Assembly: GCA_963732855.1 (NCBI GenBank)
Contig: CAVTBB010000003.1
Coordinates: 7,019 to 71,018, forward strand
Direction of reading: 5' to 3'
Source: an uncultured Methanomassiliicoccales archaeon
Lineage (GTDB): Archaea > Thermoplasmatota > Thermoplasmata > Methanomassiliicoccales > UBA472
Length of the DNA stretch: 64,000 nt
Positions within the stretch are counted from its first letter, which is position 1. The number at the start of each line of letters is the position of its first letter. This document shows positions 62,957 through 64,000 of the stretch, one piece after another. Made by a program: the position numbers and the translations under genes. The notes beneath the pieces were generated by a model, which saw only the letters and a program-made list of their open reading frames with translations, made no database searches and was not told the DNA's origin.

Positions 62957-64000
62957 ATGGTGGACGATCTCTACGAACGACTGGGCTTGAGCGAGGTCAT
63001 CGGACCGCTCAAGACCAAGGGCATCCCGCTGGATGCCTTGGTACGCGGTTTGCTAGCATACAAGCTCGGTGACAACTTCAGCGTGCTGCAGGCCAGCGAA
63101 TGGCTGAACCAGCCGGAGATGCTGGAGCAGTACGAGCTCAGGTCTTTCGACGAGAAAACGCTCTATCGTGCAGTCGAAACGCTGGGTCACAATCGGGAGA
63201 AGATTATTCAGAAGCTCCAGGATAACGTCCTGGAGCTGTTGGGACATCCTCCGACGGATATTCTGCTGGACTGGACCTCGATCGTGATCTACGGCGACAT
63301 GTCCGACCTAGCCAGGTACGGATATTCACGCGACCATCAACCGGGCGAGCGCCAGCTGACGCTCGGGGCGTCCATGCTGGCACCGCCCTTTGATGTTCCT
63401 ATTGGTCTCACGGTCGAGGCCGGGAACGTCAATGATCAGGTCCACATGAGATCGACCTATGGCCAGGTTCGTCACCTCCTTGGTCCAAGCTCCCTGGTCG
63501 TCTTCGACCGGGGAGCGAACGACAAGGAGAACTTGGAGCGGATCGAGCTGGACGGGAACGACTATCTAACCGCGAAAAAGTTGAACAAGAGCGATGACCA
63601 GTACTTCGAAAAGTTCTCCAAGTCCAGCTGGGAGTGCATAGATGCCGATGCTGGCATCTATGCCCTGAAGAAGATATTCCCGAGCCGGGTCAATTACTAC
63701 TTTTTCTCTGAGAAGCTGAAAAGGGACCATCTGAGGTCCTGCCTCAGGCAGGCGGATCGCCTGCTGGCCGAGGCCAAGGCCATCCAGGACAGCCTGGATA
63801 ACGGTCGAAGATTACCAAAACGCTTCTGCATCAACAATCCGTTGGTGGACGTCAAATATGACTATCAGACCAGGCTGACCGAGTTACCGGAGGCGGAGGC
63901 GCTCCGCCTCCTCCTCCGCGAGGTCATCAACGGCCGGGAAGGTTGCTTCTGCCTCACCTCCAACCGTGACATGCCAGCATCGGAGGCGTTGAGGATCTAT
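62957..64000 (+). mobile_element. IS4/IS1634-like DDE transposase gene, 3' end outside the window
   Basis: An open frame runs from 62855 to the window end and is absent from the ORF track because it has no stop. The translation is MVDDLYERLGLSEVIG...LLDWTSIVIYGD...VVFDRGANDKENLE..., typical of IS1634/IS4 transposases. GTG 62879 is an alternative start. Confidence 0.75.

Noticed and set aside
63053-63247. A 64-aa minus-strand ORF in the track.
   Set aside because: It is antisense to the much longer IS4/IS1634-like transposase frame, which explains the sequence.
1-64000. CRISPR arrays, rRNA genes and long tandem repeats.
   Set aside because: On visual scanning of the intergenic regions I saw no regularly spaced direct repeats of 24-40 nt and no rRNA-like conserved strings. 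The only notable short repeats are those flanking the IS110 remnant.

Overview
This window looks like an archaeal chromosome segment, probably Thermoplasmatota or Methanomassiliicoccales-like. That placement is inferred from gene content only. I recognised no rRNA, tRNA or CRISPR array.

Main contents, in order:
- **C1-tetrahydrofolate pair:** fhs and folD.
- **Isoprenoid-lipid neighbourhood:** uppS, a B12-type radical SAM gene, a geranylgeranyl reductase and a polyprenyl synthase.
- **Respiratory operon:** a complete 11-subunit Fpo/Nuo-like operon (A, B, C, D, H, I, J1, J2, K, L, M, N) with no NuoEFG, FpoF or FpoO input module.
- **Archaeal housekeeping genes:** pfpI, proC, nob1, a ThiI-like gene, csl4 and a METTL5-like methylase.
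- **Three-gene archaeal glutamate synthase.**
- **Several Lrp/ArsR-type regulators.**
- **Transport and envelope genes:** a CDF transporter and an ABC-2 exporter, followed by a MoxR-DUF58 cluster with a large membrane-anchored glycoprotein.
- **Compact redox operon:** Rieske, glutaredoxin-like, FTR-like, Rieske.
- **Radical SAM and UbiA-like gene pair.**
- **Orphan cooS.**
- **Two sensor kinases.**
- **Two insertion-sequence (IS) elements:** a decayed IS110-family element and an IS4/IS1634-like element cut by the window end.

Most interesting observations:
- The FpoI subunit carries an extra 2x[4Fe-4S] domain.
- The Rieske/Grx/FTR operon has a CWC active-site variant.
- The B12 radical SAM gene is translationally coupled to uppS.
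- The CDF transporter has a triplicated C-terminal domain.
- CooS has a C-x2-C D-cluster motif.
- Single-base frame disruptions recur in conserved genes (nuoB, GGR, both kinases, an MBL hydrolase). This needs read-level checking before any biological interpretation.
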